The position numbers and the translations under genes were made by a program. The notes under the pieces are model-generated. The model did no database searches, was not told the DNA's origin, and saw only the letters and a program-made list of their open reading frames with translations. From a virus (taxonomy: Duplodnaviria > Caudoviricetes), in IMG/VR virus record IMGVR_UViG_3300032304_001710, positions 1-58,261 of that record: DNA of 58,261 bases; one strand, given 5' to 3'. Shown here in pieces: positions 29,204 to 38,649 of the stretch (the stretch's first letter is position 1; every line of letters begins with the position of its first letter).

Positions 29204-31219
29204 ATGATTATATCAAAAGTAAAAAAGTACAAATCAGCCACTAAATTCTTAGCAATAGACACAGAAGCAACAGGCTTGTTTGGTCATCATGGTTGTAGAG
29301 CTTTTGCAGTATCTACGTGTGATAACAACGGAGTAACTAACTACTGGGAAGCCCCAGTTGATCCACTAACACGTACACCAAAATGGTCTAAAGACGTACT
29401 AATTAAAATTTACAAGTACGTATCATCTTTCAATACTCTAGTATTCCACAACTTGAACTTCGACTTGTTTATGTTGTCTCTTCTCCCTCTTCCAGAATGG
29501 AACTCGTTTCCAGTAGAAATGGAGAATACATTCGCGTATTACGATACGTTGATAAGAGCACACGTCATAGACTCTAGTGACTTATTGGCACTAAAACATC
29601 AAGCTAAGATTTACTGCGACATAGCTGATGACGATGAAAAAGAACTCGATGACTGTGTAAAGTCACTTCGCAGAAAGTCCGAACTTAAAAGTATGGGTTG
29701 GAAGCTAGCAACAGAAGGGGTTACAGAACTCGCAGGTCAAAAAAGCCTATTTCACAAATGCGACTTTTGGTTGCCAAAAGCGTATGCAAAGCACTTTGGG
29801 TATCCAAGTAACCATCCATACCACACAATATGCAGTACCTACGCAATCAAAGACGCTATACGTACAGCACTTCTATTCATACGACAAGAACAGACATTCG
29901 AAGTAAATCCAAACTTACTAAACGCTCATGATGAACAACATCGTGTAATCATGCCGTTGTACCGTATGACTAAGTGCGGTATCTCGATTCACAAAGAGCA
30001 CTTTCCCAAAGCAGTAGATGAAGCATCCAAAATAAGAAACGATCTTATAGACAAGATGCAGTCACTACTAGGCAACACAGACTTTAATCCTAACAGTCAA
30101 CCACAGCTATCAAAAGCATTATTCACAGACTTAAAATTTGAGTCAGTCAAAATGACTGATGCAGGTAATGATTCCACAGACAAGAGTGTACTTCCAGAAC
30201 TCAAGCTACAAAAAAAATCAAAGAAAGCTTTACAGTTTGTAGACTTCATGATTTCGTATAGAGAGGTTAATGCAGCTAACGGCTATCTACAATCCTATCG
30301 ACGTTTCAAAACTAAAAAAGGTACTTACGAAACAGAGCTACTATTACCCAACATCAAGCAAGCTGGAACATCAACCACTAGACTATCTTCAGAAAACCCT
30401 AACGGTCAAAACATCAGCAAGGGCAAAGAACGCATAGACGAAAACGGAAACGTCATTAGCACGTACTCTATCCGAAAAGTATTCGGACCAACTAAGGATC
30501 GTATATGGTCTAGTATTGACTACGATCAATTACAGCTTAGAATATTTGCCTATTGGTCAAAAGACCCCAAACTGATTAAAGCATTCCAAGACGGTTTCGA
30601 TTTCCATACCTACATGGCTATGCAAATCTTTGAAACTGCCGAACCAACCAAGATACAACGAAGGGTAGCTAAGAATGTCAACTTCGGATACATATTCGGA
30701 GCGGGTGAAAGAAAGATTGATGCAACATGCGGAATCAAGGGAATCTTTCGAAGAGTACAAGCATTATATCCTTGTGTTACGGAATCGATCAATAGAACCG
30801 TGTCCTTCGTCAAACAGTACGGATACGTCGAAACAATGGGTGGCTACAGACTCTATATGTACAAAAGCAAAGCCTATGCAGGAGTCAACTACATCGTTCA
30901 AGGAACCGAAGGAGAAATCGTAAAGACTGCCCTAACCAACTGCGATAGATACTTAATCGACAATCGATTATTAAGCTTCGACTATTCAAACATCGTGTAC
31001 AAGAGTAAGGTCGCATTGATCTTACAGGTACACGATGAGTTACTTTTCTCTCTCCAGAAAAAACTCGGTAGGGAAAGAGTTACTAAAGTGTTAAGTGACT
31101 TAGCTTCTATTATGCAAGAAGCTGGTAACTACTATGGAGTACCTTGTGTATGTAAACCAGAAATCATCGAAGACAATTGGAGCGAAGCAATGAAGCTTCA
31201 AGATTGGAGAAATAACTAA
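29204..31219 (+). CDS. polA: Family A DNA polymerase with 3'-5' exonuclease
   Basis: ExoI DTE, ExoII HNLNFD, ExoIII YAIKD; TTRLSSENPNGQN, motif A DYDQLQLR, motif B KNVNFGYIFG, motif C VHDEL. Confidence 0.92.
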   Translation: MIISKVKKYKSATKFLAIDTEATGLFGHHGCRAFAVSTCDNNGVTNYWEAPVDPLTRTPKWSKDVLIKIYKYVSSFNTLVFHNLNFDLFMLSLLPLPEWNSFPVEMENTFAYYDTLIRAHVIDSSDLLALKHQAKIYCDIADDDEKELDDCVKSLRRKSELKSMGWKLATEGVTELAGQKSLFHKCDFWLPKAYAKHFGYPSNHPYHTICSTYAIKDAIRTALLFIRQEQTFEVNPNLLNAHDEQHRVIMPLYRMTKCGISIHKEHFPKAVDEASKIRNDLIDKMQSLLGNTDFNPNSQPQLSKALFTDLKFESVKMTDAGNDSTDKSVLPELKLQKKSKKALQFVDFMISYREVNAANGYLQSYRRFKTKKGTYETELLLPNIKQAGTSTTRLSSENPNGQNISKGKERIDENGNVISTYSIRKVFGPTKDRIWSSIDYDQLQLRIFAYWSKDPKLIKAFQDGFDFHTYMAMQIFETAEPTKIQRRVAKNVNFGYIFGAGERKIDATCGIKGIFRRVQALYPCVTESINRTVSFVKQYGYVETMGGYRLYMYKSKAYAGVNYIVQGTEGEIVKTALTNCDRYLIDNRLLSFDYSNIVYKSKVALILQVHDELLFSLQKKLGRERVTKVLSDLASIMQEAGNYYGVPCVCKPEIIEDNWSEAMKLQDWRNN

Positions 31220-31221
31220 CC

Positions 31222-31533
31222 ATGAAGAAAGTAGCTCTGTCATTAGAATACTACGACAAAGTGTTTACAAGATTTTCTGTAGTACTTAAAGCAGTACACA
31301 AAACTCTAAATTTTGGAACAGTATCAGTATTTGTTGAACGTAATTCTTTTAACATACGTTGGACTGTTCGAAAATCCCGCCAAAAGAAATTTGTACACAA
31401 CATACCGATTAGTTTCGAATCACTTGGTACAGACGAGATAAGCGATACTGAAATGTCAGTTATCGCAGAAAATCTAGTTAAATCAGCTTTTCAAACAATT
31501 CCAGAAAATCTACTAAGGATCGATAATGAGTAA
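31222..31533 (+). CDS. Hypothetical protein
   Basis: Packed between the polymerase and primase genes. Confidence 0.55.
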   Translation: MKKVALSLEYYDKVFTRFSVVLKAVHKTLNFGTVSVFVERNSFNIRWTVRKSRQKKFVHNIPISFESLGTDEISDTEMSVIAENLVKSAFQTIPENLLRIDNE

Positions 31534-33727
31534 TCCCCAACAAGACCCAGTTGCTTTTTACAAATTCTTTGGTGTCGAAGCTACAAAACAAGTAAAGGAT
31601 AACCACGTTGCAGACTGCCCTTTTGCCGATTGTACTAAGAGAAGTCACTTCTACTTCAACTCAACAAACGGACTATACACTTGCAAAAAATGCAATAGGT
31701 CTGGTAACTACTACACTTTTATTACGCAGTTCCATACCGCACTCAAGACCCTCACTACTCAAGAAGATTACAAGTTTCTTGAAACGGAAAGAGGCATCTC
31801 AAGTGAAATCTTCGAACTTGCTAATTGGCATAGAAATCCAGCTACAGGAAGATGGTACGTTCCCTACTACGGACCTAATCAGTTGCTTAACTTGGGTGCA
31901 TTCGATCCTAACAACTATAATCCCAAGAATCGATTTAGAATCTTCAAAGCACCTAGCTTCGATTTACAGCTTTATAGAGTTTTCAACACTAAGCAATATG
32001 ATGCAGAGATTATCGTTACAGAAGGAGAATGGGACGCTCTTGCTTTTTACGCAGCATTTAGAGCAATGCGTAAAGAAGCACCTACCATACTTGGATTGCC
32101 AGGAGCTACGTGTTGGAAAGAAACCTGGAACAAGACATTCAAAGGCAAGTACCTAACTTTCTTTTTTGACAAAGATCAAGGCGGAGATCAAGGTATCGAA
32201 ATACTCAATAAGCGTAATGCTGGACTTAGGTACAGTATAGCTAACTGGGAATCTCCAGCACTATCAAAACTGAAGCTTCTCAAGAAGAACACAGAACTGA
32301 AAGACGTTAGGGACGTATTGACTAACGCCAAGGTAAAGACAGATGTACTAGCAGTCTTACTAGATATGGCAGCTACTACCGCAGAAGACCATACCGAAGA
32401 ACTTGAGCAAGAAGAAGGTAGCGAAGTAAAGAAGTCTTTTAGTGCAGACATAGAGACTATCGAACCGATTGCTTCTTATTCTACTTTCCAGAGACGTATC
32501 AAAGACAGCCTGTACACAAGTAAAGCAATCATGCAAACGATTGATGCTATGCTTGCCACAGCGTTATCGGTACGTCTTCCAGGTGAACCGCTTTGGCTAT
32601 TCGTAGTAGGTCCTGCATCATGCGGTAAGTCAACTGTTATCGAAGCCTTTGGTGGTAACAATAAATACTTCGATTACGTGTCCAAGCTTACGGCAACATC
32701 GCTTGTATCAGGTTGGAGAAACCCAGACGGATCAGACGCATCGACACTTCACAAAATGGACTTGAAGACTCTATTCATCAAAGATATGACTGTACTTCTA
32801 GGTATGCCAGAAGGAGTACAGCAACAGCTATGGGACTTGCTACGTGATGCCTACGATGGATACGTAAAAATTACTTACGGTAACGGAAAGGTATACGAAG
32901 CAACCGACTTCAAATTCAACATCATCGCCGGTGTAACTCCAATCATCTACAAACACAATGACGCTTCTAAGGGAGAACGATTCTTACGAATCGACTTCTT
33001 AGGAAATGACTTTGATGAAGATGAGCACATGAGTCAAGCATGGGAGAACATGGGTCAGAAGAAAGCAAACAAGAAAAAGCTATCTGACACAATGCTTGGC
33101 TACTACAAACATTTGTTTGAAACATTCGATCCAGAGAACGTAGCAGACATACCACTACCAATCCGTAACAAGATTATGGCATTAGCAAAGGTAGCTGCTA
33201 AACTCCAGACTGAAGTAGTTAAAGATCGTAACGAAGGCATGATTTACCGTCCAAGATCAGCAGTCGCAACCCGTCTATCTCTTCAGTTCAAAAACTTAGC
33301 CCACTCTCTAGCCCACGTTAGAGGTGAGAAAGAAGTATCTGAATCAACTTACGAGATCATTCGTAAGATCGGTTTTGATTCTTGCCCAGGACTAAACTAT
33401 GAAGTAATTAACTTCATAAACAAACACAAAAATGTTACTCGTAAGGCTATCATTGATAACCTAAAGATTCCTGGTACTCGCGTACATCAAATTCTAACTG
33501 ACCTTGAGCAATTAGGTATCATCATCCACGACAAAGAAAACAACAAGTCTGGTAATCGTGGAAGAGATACATACACTTATTCCCTTTGTGCTGATTTAAC
33601 AGAATGTCTGGAGACAAGTCGTGCTAAGACTAATAACCAAGTTAGAAAAGATAGAAAACCCACAAACATCAGTGACAATCAGCGAACTCCAGCTAAAGGA
33701 AAGCAAACTGCTAAGTCCAGGAGCTAG
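31526..33727 (+). CDS. Primase-helicase (Zn finger, TOPRIM, AAA+ ATPase, wHTH)
   Basis: CPFADC...CKKC; EGEWD and FDKDQGG TOPRIM motifs; GPASCGKST Walker A. Confidence 0.85.
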   Translation: MSNPQQDPVAFYKFFGVEATKQVKDNHVADCPFADCTKRSHFYFNSTNGLYTCKKCNRSGNYYTFITQFHTALKTLTTQEDYKFLETERGISSEIFELANWHRNPATGRWYVPYYGPNQLLNLGAFDPNNYNPKNRFRIFKAPSFDLQLYRVFNTKQYDAEIIVTEGEWDALAFYAAFRAMRKEAPTILGLPGATCWKETWNKTFKGKYLTFFFDKDQGGDQGIEILNKRNAGLRYSIANWESPALSKLKLLKKNTELKDVRDVLTNAKVKTDVLAVLLDMAATTAEDHTEELEQEEGSEVKKSFSADIETIEPIASYSTFQRRIKDSLYTSKAIMQTIDAMLATALSVRLPGEPLWLFVVGPASCGKSTVIEAFGGNNKYFDYVSKLTATSLVSGWRNPDGSDASTLHKMDLKTLFIKDMTVLLGMPEGVQQQLWDLLRDAYDGYVKITYGNGKVYEATDFKFNIIAGVTPIIYKHNDASKGERFLRIDFLGNDFDEDEHMSQAWENMGQKKANKKKLSDTMLGYYKHLFETFDPENVADIPLPIRNKIMALAKVAAKLQTEVVKDRNEGMIYRPRSAVATRLSLQFKNLAHSLAHVRGEKEVSESTYEIIRKIGFDSCPGLNYEVINFINKHKNVTRKAIIDNLKIPGTRVHQILTDLEQLGIIIHDKENNKSGNRGRDTYTYSLCADLTECLETSRAKTNNQVRKDRKPTNISDNQRTPAKGKQTAKSRS

Positions 33728-33965
33728 ACTAGGTATCCAAGGTCAGATTGACAAGTTACTAAGCCTAGCTAGTAATGATAACATACTGATCGAAGAAGCA
33801 TATGAAAATAAACCTGAGTCAATTGACACAGTAATGGTAGAGCTTGATCGACTACGAAAACTAGAAAGTCATACTTTTTCAGTTACTAAGGTTGCAAAAG
33901 AATCAGGGGAGTATACACTACTTATCAAGATCGTTCTGATTTCCGAATCTTCAATAAATAAGTAG
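33621..33965 (+). CDS. Hypothetical protein (true start probably further downstream)
   Basis: Fills the gap before the ParB-DUF4417 gene. Confidence 0.4.
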   Translation: MLRLITKLEKIENPQTSVTISELQLKESKLLSPGARLGIQGQIDKLLSLASNDNILIEEAYENKPESIDTVMVELDRLRKLESHTFSVTKVAKESGEYTLLIKIVLISESSINK

Positions 33966-33967
33966 CT

Positions 33968-35266
33968 ATGCCAACCTTAATAGATAAACATAAAAGTCAG
34001 TATCCTTGGTTGAAGACCTTCATTCATTTAAAGGGTACTGACCTTTACGTAGGAGAAGTAGACCCTAAAGAACTACCACCAAACCCCAAGAATTGGCGAA
34101 TTCATTCACAGCGTCAACGAGCCACTTACAAAGCATTCCAAGAAAAGTTCGGCTATCTAGGACTAGCCCTGTTCAACGTAAGAACAAACCATCTACTAGA
34201 TGGTCACATGAGAGTAGACGAAGCCTTAAAAGCTAAGATTCTACGTATCCCTCTAATGGTAGTGGACCTAAACGAAGTTTCTGAAAATGAAGTACTAGCT
34301 ACCCTAGACAACATCGGACTTATGGCGATCACTAACAGTGAAGCCCTACAGTCTTTAACTAAAAGCGTAGATAGGTCCATAGAGAAAGTAAAGACCGAGA
34401 ATGAACGTAAACTAAAACAACTTCGCAAAGACCTTCTCGATCACAACTTTGGAACCAAGCCAATTCTAAAGCAATCACAATCACGCCTTAGACCAATCGA
34501 AGAAGAAGTTTCTTCTTCTCCAGAAGAATCTGAAGTGGCAACCGATCATTACGAATCAGCTTGGAAGAACGGTCCAGTTCAAACATTCGTAAACGCATCC
34601 ATTCTGTATGACGGTCTAACTGAATTAGGTATTCCTAAATTAAGTACTGACAATTTAGCAACACCAGACTTAGCACCTACCTGTACGTACCCAGACGGTC
34701 CAGGAGAAAAAGCTTACCACTGTTACAGTCAAAGTTTTTCAGATGAATACGATCCAGGGTGTATAGGCTTCTACACTGACGATCACAAATTTGAATGCGT
34801 ATACAACCAAGCAGCAGAGTTTGTAGAATGGGCTATCAACATGAACCCACGTTGCCTAATCGGTCCTGACTTCTCATGTTACGCTCATTGGCCTTTAGCC
34901 AAAAACATCTGGAACCTATATCGAGCTAGATGGTGTACTCGTTTATGGCAGGACACAGAGTTAAAAGTAATTCCAAACGTACCGATTTTAGATGGACCAC
35001 CATACCCTTTATCAATCAAGTACTCATTAGAAACTCTTCCAACCAAAGCAACTCTAGCAATCCAATGTCGAACTCAAGAAGCTAAGTCAGCTTCAGGTGT
35101 AGTAGAATGGATAAACAAAATCATAGAAGTATGTAAACCTGTTTGTATGGTACTGTATGCAGGAGAAGAAAAGCAAAAGTACATGCTAGGCGACTTGAAG
35201 AAAGGTAAGACACAGCTTATATTTCTTCCACAGATCGTAACTGCAAAACGTAAACGTAACAAATAG
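33968..35266 (+). CDS. ParB-like N-terminal domain fused to a DUF4417-like domain
   Basis: PNPKNWRIH...LLDGHMR (ParB); FYTDDHKFE, PDFSCY and WNLYRARW (DUF4417-like). Confidence 0.7.
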   Translation: MPTLIDKHKSQYPWLKTFIHLKGTDLYVGEVDPKELPPNPKNWRIHSQRQRATYKAFQEKFGYLGLALFNVRTNHLLDGHMRVDEALKAKILRIPLMVVDLNEVSENEVLATLDNIGLMAITNSEALQSLTKSVDRSIEKVKTENERKLKQLRKDLLDHNFGTKPILKQSQSRLRPIEEEVSSSPEESEVATDHYESAWKNGPVQTFVNASILYDGLTELGIPKLSTDNLATPDLAPTCTYPDGPGEKAYHCYSQSFSDEYDPGCIGFYTDDHKFECVYNQAAEFVEWAINMNPRCLIGPDFSCYAHWPLAKNIWNLYRARWCTRLWQDTELKVIPNVPILDGPPYPLSIKYSLETLPTKATLAIQCRTQEAKSASGVVEWINKIIEVCKPVCMVLYAGEEKQKYMLGDLKKGKTQLIFLPQIVTAKRKRNK

Positions 35267-35277
35267 GAACTACTTAG

Positions 35278-35742
35278 ATGGCAAACTCAAAACTAACTAT
35301 AAAGTTAGAAACTTCTAAAGGCTACAATGCTAGAGGCCGTAAAGGTAAGACTGACAAGAAAGGTAAAGGTATAAAAGAAACTAATCGACAAGCAGCACAA
35401 GAACAAGAAACAAAGTCAGCTAGAGAACAACAAGCTGAGCAAGCAAAGAAACAAGGTGCTAGCCAAAAAGAGATACAACGTATCAAAGGGCGAAAACCAA
35501 AGAAACCGTCCAGTAGAACAAAGCCTGTAAAGATCAATCAAGGTCCTAAGATCATAAGCGTTAGCAAGTCTCGAACTGGACGGGCGGTAATGCAAGGTAA
35601 GTCCCGGAAAAAAACTTCCAAGAATTCTTCAACTGGAAGTAAAAAATCAGTTGCTAAATCAAAGCCGAGAGAGTATAGTCAAACACCATCAGCTATTCGT
35701 CAAAGAGAACGACGAGCGGCAAAGAAGAACGAGAAGAAATAA
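35278..35742 (+). CDS. Highly basic protein
   Basis: K/R-rich, low complexity. Confidence 0.55.
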   Translation: MANSKLTIKLETSKGYNARGRKGKTDKKGKGIKETNRQAAQEQETKSAREQQAEQAKKQGASQKEIQRIKGRKPKKPSSRTKPVKINQGPKIISVSKSRTGRAVMQGKSRKKTSKNSSTGSKKSVAKSKPREYSQTPSAIRQRERRAAKKNEKK

Positions 35743-35765
35743 CAACCTATTTACGGAGTAGTAAA

Positions 35766-36005
35766 GTGGCAAAAAAACCGTTACAAACCAAAGCTATGAA
35801 CAAGTCTGCTGCGATCCTTGGATCGTTGGGTGGCAAAAAAGGCGGTCCTGCTAGAGCTAAGAGTCTTTCTTCACAGCGAAGATCAGAGATTGCTAGCAAG
35901 GGGGCTGTAGCACGAAACACCAAATACGCCAAGAAAGACGTAGCAGTAAACACAGGCCGAGGTAAAACAAACACCATGTTTCAAGCAAAGAAGAGGACAC
36001 CATAG
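35766..36005 (+). CDS. Small basic protein (LGxxGGxKGGxARA motif)
   Basis: AAILGSLGGKKGGPARAKSLSSQRRSEIA; GGAG RBS. Confidence 0.65.
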   Translation: MAKKPLQTKAMNKSAAILGSLGGKKGGPARAKSLSSQRRSEIASKGAVARNTKYAKKDVAVNTGRGKTNTMFQAKKRTP

Positions 36006-36009
36006 TACT

Positions 36010-36423
36010 ATGGCAATCATCACCAAACCATTCGGACACCCAAAAGCTCGAAAGTTTCTCAAAGGAACGCACATCCCTATCCAAGCAGTAAAGCTTCAAG
36101 GAGATACGTTGCTCGAATCAGCAATGGTTGTCTTGATTGCACAAGCTTGGGAAGGTAAAGGGCCACTTGCCAAAACTTTGAAAACTGAAGCATCAGACCT
36201 TGTTGACAAGTTCAACAAGTCGAACCCTGACTACAAGTTCAGCAAGTTTGGTCGAGATCGTACAAAAGGTGCTGAAGTAGAAGCTAAGTCTTCGAAACAA
36301 CCTAAGTCCGACAAAGAAAACAAGCCTTCAAAGAAGTCAGAAAAGACCACGAAGAAAGCCGACAAACCTGCAAAGAAGAAGTCTCAGAAATCAGTCCAAG
36401 ACGCTGAACCAGCTTTGGCCTAA
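36010..36423 (+). CDS. Basic protein with a histone-H1-like Lys-rich tail
   Basis: C-terminal KKSEKTTKKADKPAKKK. Confidence 0.6.
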   Translation: MAIITKPFGHPKARKFLKGTHIPIQAVKLQGDTLLESAMVVLIAQAWEGKGPLAKTLKTEASDLVDKFNKSNPDYKFSKFGRDRTKGAEVEAKSSKQPKSDKENKPSKKSEKTTKKADKPAKKKSQKSVQDAEPALA

Positions 36424-36439
36424 TAAATTCTGCTTTGCA
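36421..36439 (+). promoter_or_regulatory. 19-bp box (variant)
   Basis: TAATAAATTCTGCTTTGCA. Confidence 0.65.
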
Positions 36440-36448
36440 GTACACAGT

Positions 36449-36531
36449 ACCCGTTAAGCATTGATCCTGAGCGTACTCCTTGTACAGTTAGCTACTTCTA
36501 GGTGAACGGCAATTAATGCTTAACGGGTTTT
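36449..36531 (+). terminator. Long-stem, large-loop terminator or structured RNA
   Basis: ACCCGTTAAGCATTGAT pairing with ATTAATGCTTAACGGGT, followed by T residues. Confidence 0.6.
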
Positions 36532-36568
36532 CAATTCAATCACACTCTCTATTACAGGTACAGCTACG

Positions 36569-36922
36569 ATGTCCAATTTTGAAAATAAAGACTTGACTTC
36601 TTTGGAAGAATTCATAGATAAACACTTGAAGGTATCTCAAACCGGCATCAACCCAACAATGGGCCGTATTCTTGACTGGTTTATGAATGTCGTTCAAGAA
36701 GCTATCAAGAACAGCGACTTAAAGAACATCAAGAAAGAAGACTTACTAAAGTTGGTAGGCGATATGTATGACAAGTACATTCTGCCAATCGACCTTCCAG
36801 GTCCAGACGTTGTACTCGATCCATTGTTGAGACAACTTACTCTCAATCAAACAGCAAGATTGTACGACAAGTTTTTCAAACAACAAACAGCACCGAGTTT
36901 TAAAAGGTCAGAGACTTTGTAA
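36569..36922 (+). CDS. Hypothetical protein
   Basis: 117-aa ORF with AGGT RBS. Confidence 0.6.
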   Translation: MSNFENKDLTSLEEFIDKHLKVSQTGINPTMGRILDWFMNVVQEAIKNSDLKNIKKEDLLKLVGDMYDKYILPIDLPGPDVVLDPLLRQLTLNQTARLYDKFFKQQTAPSFKRSETL

Positions 36923-36985
36923 AACATTCGATCACAGTAGTATGTTTCTTTTCATCCTCCAGAAAAATAACAGGGAGAGTTTAGT

Positions 36986-37465
36986 ATGAAGTTTCCATCA
37001 ATCATTACAGCAGTACTTATCACAGTATTGCTAAGCATTACCAGTTTCGCACAACAATGCACAACAGGACAATGTTACAAATCAGCACCTATGCTGCTTG
37101 AGTCAGCACCAAGTTTTACTGTTGCAGTACCAAGCTTCACACCAGTACGAACAACTGTACGTGAAGTAGTTGTACAACCTACACAGAACGTAGTTGAATA
37201 CTTCCAAGAAGTACAACCAGTTCGAAGTGTAAGTGTTGCAGCGTTCAAGACTTCACAACAAGTATCCCAAGGCGTTATGCGTCATGTAGGCGGTACTCTA
37301 GGCGGTGCTCGATATGAAGGGGTAGGGTTCTCTACTTCTTCTCCAGAAGACGCATTGCGTAAATGCTGTTACTCAAATCGACCTAGACGTGAACAGTCTG
37401 TACAGTACGGTTACAATCGTAGTCTACGCACCTACGGATGGTTTGCAACCATCTTATGTGACTAA
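36986..37465 (+). CDS. Secreted protein resembling a Planctomycete-type family
   Basis: Signal peptide, QQCTTGQC, HVGG..GG..YEGVGFST.S...A...CCY...GWFAT motif (family recalled, not searched). Confidence 0.6.
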   Translation: MKFPSIITAVLITVLLSITSFAQQCTTGQCYKSAPMLLESAPSFTVAVPSFTPVRTTVREVVVQPTQNVVEYFQEVQPVRSVSVAAFKTSQQVSQGVMRHVGGTLGGARYEGVGFSTSSPEDALRKCCYSNRPRREQSVQYGYNRSLRTYGWFATILCD

Positions 37466-37496
37466 TCCTTGCTAAGTGGCAACTACTTTAGTTGCG

Positions 37497-37551
37497 AGAG
37501 TAGACAGGCCGATGATTTAGTTCATGGTGGGTTCGAATCCCACACTACTCT
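37497..37551 (+). ncRNA. tRNA-like mini RNA 1 (acceptor stem plus T-arm, shortened middle)
   Basis: AGAGTAG/CTACTCT stem; GTGGG-TTCGAAT-CCCAC T-arm; 55 nt. Confidence 0.5.
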
Positions 37552-37556
37552 TTATT

Positions 37557-37605
37557 GCGGGTGGGCGTGGATGCCTCTAATGCTAGGTTCGATTCCTGGA
37601 CCCGC
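37557..37605 (+). ncRNA. tRNA-like mini RNA 2 (acceptor, D-like arm, T-arm; no anticodon arm)
   Basis: GCGGGT/ACCCGC stem; GGCG-TGGA-TGCC; CTAGG-TTCGATT-CCTGG; 49 nt. Confidence 0.5.
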
Positions 37606-37883
37606 TCTGGATCGGTTTGATGCGATTTACCGCAATACGTTACAGGGTCCAACAGGACTACAAACGTATGAACGTAGACAAATCAGTAGTACGTAACAAG
37701 TGTAATCACCGGCAATAAATACGCCAAAATAAAGTAGGTGACTTAGAACGTATTAAAACAGTTGACGAACTATCCGATCCTTTTTCCAACTCAATATCGA
37801 TCAGCTTGATTTGCCCGTGACGTTTGCAGGCAAGGAATCTGAGATAACGAAAATCAATCGAGAAATAGCGGGAGCGTGGTAAC

Positions 37884-38024
37884 ATGGGGCCTATCGGACC
37901 AACAGAATCTGAGTCAATTGTTTTCATGGTAGCTGTCGCTGTCGTCTTTATGATTTGCGGGGCGGTTGCTTGGAGTTGCCTTGAGTTTATTTCTAGTCAC
38001 TTATCGATAAGGTGGGCTTGGTAA
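37884..38024 (+). CDS. Small membrane peptide (46 aa)
   Basis: GGAG RBS; IVFMVAVAVVFMICGAVAW TM segment; read by hand. Confidence 0.45.
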   Translation: MGPIGPTESESIVFMVAVAVVFMICGAVAWSCLEFISSHLSIRWAW

Positions 38025-38125
38025 ATGGACGAAATCGCAACGAACTTATATCGCGAAGACTTCAATTTTCTTTTCGTGTTTTTATGCTTCTTAGCGATCG
38101 CGGTTTTAACTCTAAGGGAAACAAA

Positions 38126-38362
38126 ATGGCATCAATCAAAGACGTAATAGAAGGCTTGCAGATACTTGCAAAAACGGCAGCGGTTCCAATTTTTCTAGCT
38201 GAGCATGGATCGACCGATAGGCGACAGGCGCACTTAGGCGGTGCGAGTCACGACGTTATTTGGGGTCCAGAAGCGAACCCTAGCGAAGAGGACAAAACCA
38301 GGCTGGACGAACTAGGATGGCATTTCGACAACGAGTCAGGTTGCTGGTCGCGGTTTGTTTAG
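38126..38362 (+). CDS. Hypothetical phage protein
   Basis: AAGGG RBS and ATG at 38126 (MASIKDVIEGLQILAK). Confidence 0.6.
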   Translation: MASIKDVIEGLQILAKTAAVPIFLAEHGSTDRRQAHLGGASHDVIWGPEANPSEEDKTRLDELGWHFDNESGCWSRFV

Positions 38363-38408
38363 CGTGGTCTTAAGTTGATTATTAGTTGGTGATTAGAAAG
38401 GAAACAAA

Positions 38409-38519
38409 ATGGCAAAATCGAAATTTACTCCGGGGCCTTTTGGCGTCGCAGCATTCTTGGCAGCAATTGCAGGATCGTCTTTTGCGGCGGGTTACTTTGT
38501 GGGGTATCGAGAAGGTTAG
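38409..38519 (+). CDS. Small membrane peptide (36 aa)
   Basis: Same GGAAACAAAATGGCA start context as 38126; hydrophobic core. Confidence 0.45.
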   Translation: MAKSKFTPGPFGVAAFLAAIAGSSFAAGYFVGYREG

Positions 38520-38543
38520 TTGGTAAAGTGTTGTCAGATTTAT

Positions 38544-38606
38544 ACCTAGACCAGTATGACGTAATCTAAGCGGGAACAGGCGAACCCATACTGGTCTAGG
38601 TTTTTT
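38544..38606 (+). terminator. Long-stem, large-loop intrinsic terminator
   Basis: ACCTAGACCAGTATG pairing with CATACTGGTCTAGGT, followed by a T-run. Confidence 0.7.
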
Positions 38607-38649
38607 CTTCTTCTCTCTTTCCAGAGACACGTTGAACGGTCAAGCGGTT

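Noticed and set aside
25099-31219. Z-base (2-aminoadenine) genome
   Set aside because: No PurZ-like adenylosuccinate synthetase homologue was recognised in the window.
37469-37696. 75-aa ORF over the tRNA-like region, or canonical tRNA genes
   Set aside because: The ORF has a TTG start and no RBS and overlaps the structured RNA; the RNAs lack a proper anticodon arm, so no isotype can be assigned.
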